Shown in pieces: positions 62,478 to 64,000 of a stretch of DNA of 64,000 nucleotides. The stretch's first letter is position 1. Each line of letters begins with the position of its first letter. The notes under the pieces were generated by a model that saw only the letters and a list, made by a program, of their open reading frames with translations, was not told the origin of the DNA and ran no database searches. The stretch covers positions 6,014,001-6,078,000 of the forward strand of contig JAQFVV010000006.1 of assembly GCA_028023455.1 (NCBI GenBank), given 5' to 3'. The stretch comes from Epiperipatus broadwayi (taxonomy: Eukaryota; Animalia; Onychophora). The position numbers were made by a program, and so were the translations under genes.

Positions 62478-63080
62478 TGATTGTGTTAGGAGAATTGCTA
62501 AGTGTTATAGTGGCAAAGACTGGGATAGAAGAGAAGATGTAGTAATAAAAAATGGGTGTTCAAATGATTAAAAACTAGTATGTAGAATAAAAAGAGTTTA
62601 ACTATATATATAAAAGTAACATAATATTGGATTTGAGTTAAATTTATGATAATAGCAGGGAAAGGAGTATACTATTTAAGGCTCAAACAGGATCACTAGC
62701 AAAAAAGAAATATACACATAAATGGAGTAATGTGAATGATATAGTCTTGGCATTTGCTAATAAAATATAAGTGCTTACAAGCAGAAAGGGTACAAATAAT
62801 GAAGTTGTGGGAGAATAAATAAAGACCAAATGATTATATTGAAAGTGGATTATTGGTCATTGTGCTGGGTTGGAAAAAGATAGGGGGGGGATCTAAATAC
62901 AAAGACCATAGAGTGGATAAAGAAGTTTGTGGAAATGTAATAAAGCAGGACAGAATATAATATGGAACTTAGGGTGGGGAATAGAAAGGGAAGGTGAGGT
63001 GGCTAATAGGTTTTCCTTAGGCAAACTTGCTGAGAGATTCCCAACTTCAATAAAGGAGTAGTCATATCACACCACATCAA
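62478..63080 (+). mobile_element. 3' fragment of the APE-RT-CCHC non-LTR family, internally deleted
   Basis: Matches 43850-44476 (TTTAAGGCTCAAACAGGATCA; GAGAGATTCC...CACCACATCA end). Confidence 0.82.
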
Positions 63081-63654
63081 TACATGTTTATACAATGCCT
63101 TTCATAATTGGGTGAAGTGATAGAATGGCTGTCTGGATCTCATAGCTCATGATCTTGTCCAATCCCTTTCACTTCAGGTGCTTAAACTATTTATGAATTC
63201 CTAACTATTGAATCACTTGATTATCACTTAATTTTCCTGCTTGTAGTTGGAGTTTTTTTTTTTGGTTTAGTTAGGAGCAGCTGTTTTGTGTCTTCAGTCC
63301 TACTTTAATGCATTTTCTTTCATTAGTTTTTTTATGAGTTTAACCATTTGAAATAATAATTATTTGCACAACCATGTAAATTTCTCAAAATATTATTTCT
63401 AATATCATGACTATATAACTTTTGACATTTTATTATTGACAATTCTTGAACTGCCATTGAAATAAATCCAATCACAAAAATAAGTTGACATTTTAAGCCT
63501 GCATTCTTAACTATCTCCTTTTTTTTTATAAAGGCAAATATCAAACGTTTATATAAATATACGCTATTTAATTTTTCTTTTTAACAACAACAAAAAATAG
63601 GTGGTTTCAAAAAAAAGACAGTAACATCACCACCCCCTCCATCCCCATAGACAA

Positions 63655-64000
63655 GGGTTCACTATTCAGGGTTTTAGAACAAAGTAAAATATAGAACCCT
63701 CCACTATTCAGGGTTTTAGAACAAAGTAAAATACAGAATCCTCCTCTCCTCATTCTCAATATTCAAGGATTTGCTATTCATGGTTTCAGAATAAACTACA
63801 GACCCACTCCCCATCTCCACACCTATGGATTACCATTCAGAAGAAACTAATAATAACCCTCACCCACTCTACATGACTGTACCCATGGATTCATTATTCA
63901 TGGTTTCAGAACAAAATAAAATTCAGAAAATCCCCCCATATTCCCCATATGCATGGATTCATCGTTCATGGCTCCAGAATAAAATAAAATACTGACAGCC
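63655..64000. repeat. Degenerate tandem repeat (42-70 bp units), truncated by the window end
   Basis: CACTATTCAGGGTTTTAGAACAAAGTAAAATA at 63660 and 63702; related TTCATGGTTTCAGAA(C/T)AAA units at about 63780, 63900 and 63965. Confidence 0.7.

Noticed and set aside
3438-63544. Most short ORFs in the supplied track as host genes
   Set aside because: They are 60-150 aa, F/I/L/K-rich, often antisense to LINE fragments, with no recognisable domain; expected by chance in AT-rich DNA.

Overview
AT-rich eukaryotic (probably invertebrate animal) intergenic or intronic DNA made almost entirely of transposon remains. No intact host gene, rRNA or CRISPR array is recognisable. Coding remnants are all decayed retroelements: RTE-clade LINEs with (GAT)n tails, an APE-RT-CCHC non-LTR family with (CATCA)n tails, L1/Tx1-like fragments and one Penelope-like RT+GIY-YIG element. 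The main signal is non-coding: about 20 type I hammerhead-ribozyme (HHR) motifs, a few with a full consensus core and most decayed, in at least five short non-autonomous families (A-E). They often sit as head-to-head inverted pairs. Four insertions have 10-13 bp target-site duplications (TSDs), and families A-C end near a shared GGTCA(C/T)GTGAT motif. Also present: a tRNA-Gly-derived SINE family with TSDs, foldback/MITE-like elements, a tandem array of Pol III B-box-like units and several tandem repeats. Everything was read by eye; boundaries are approximate unless defined by a TSD, and no folding or database search was run.
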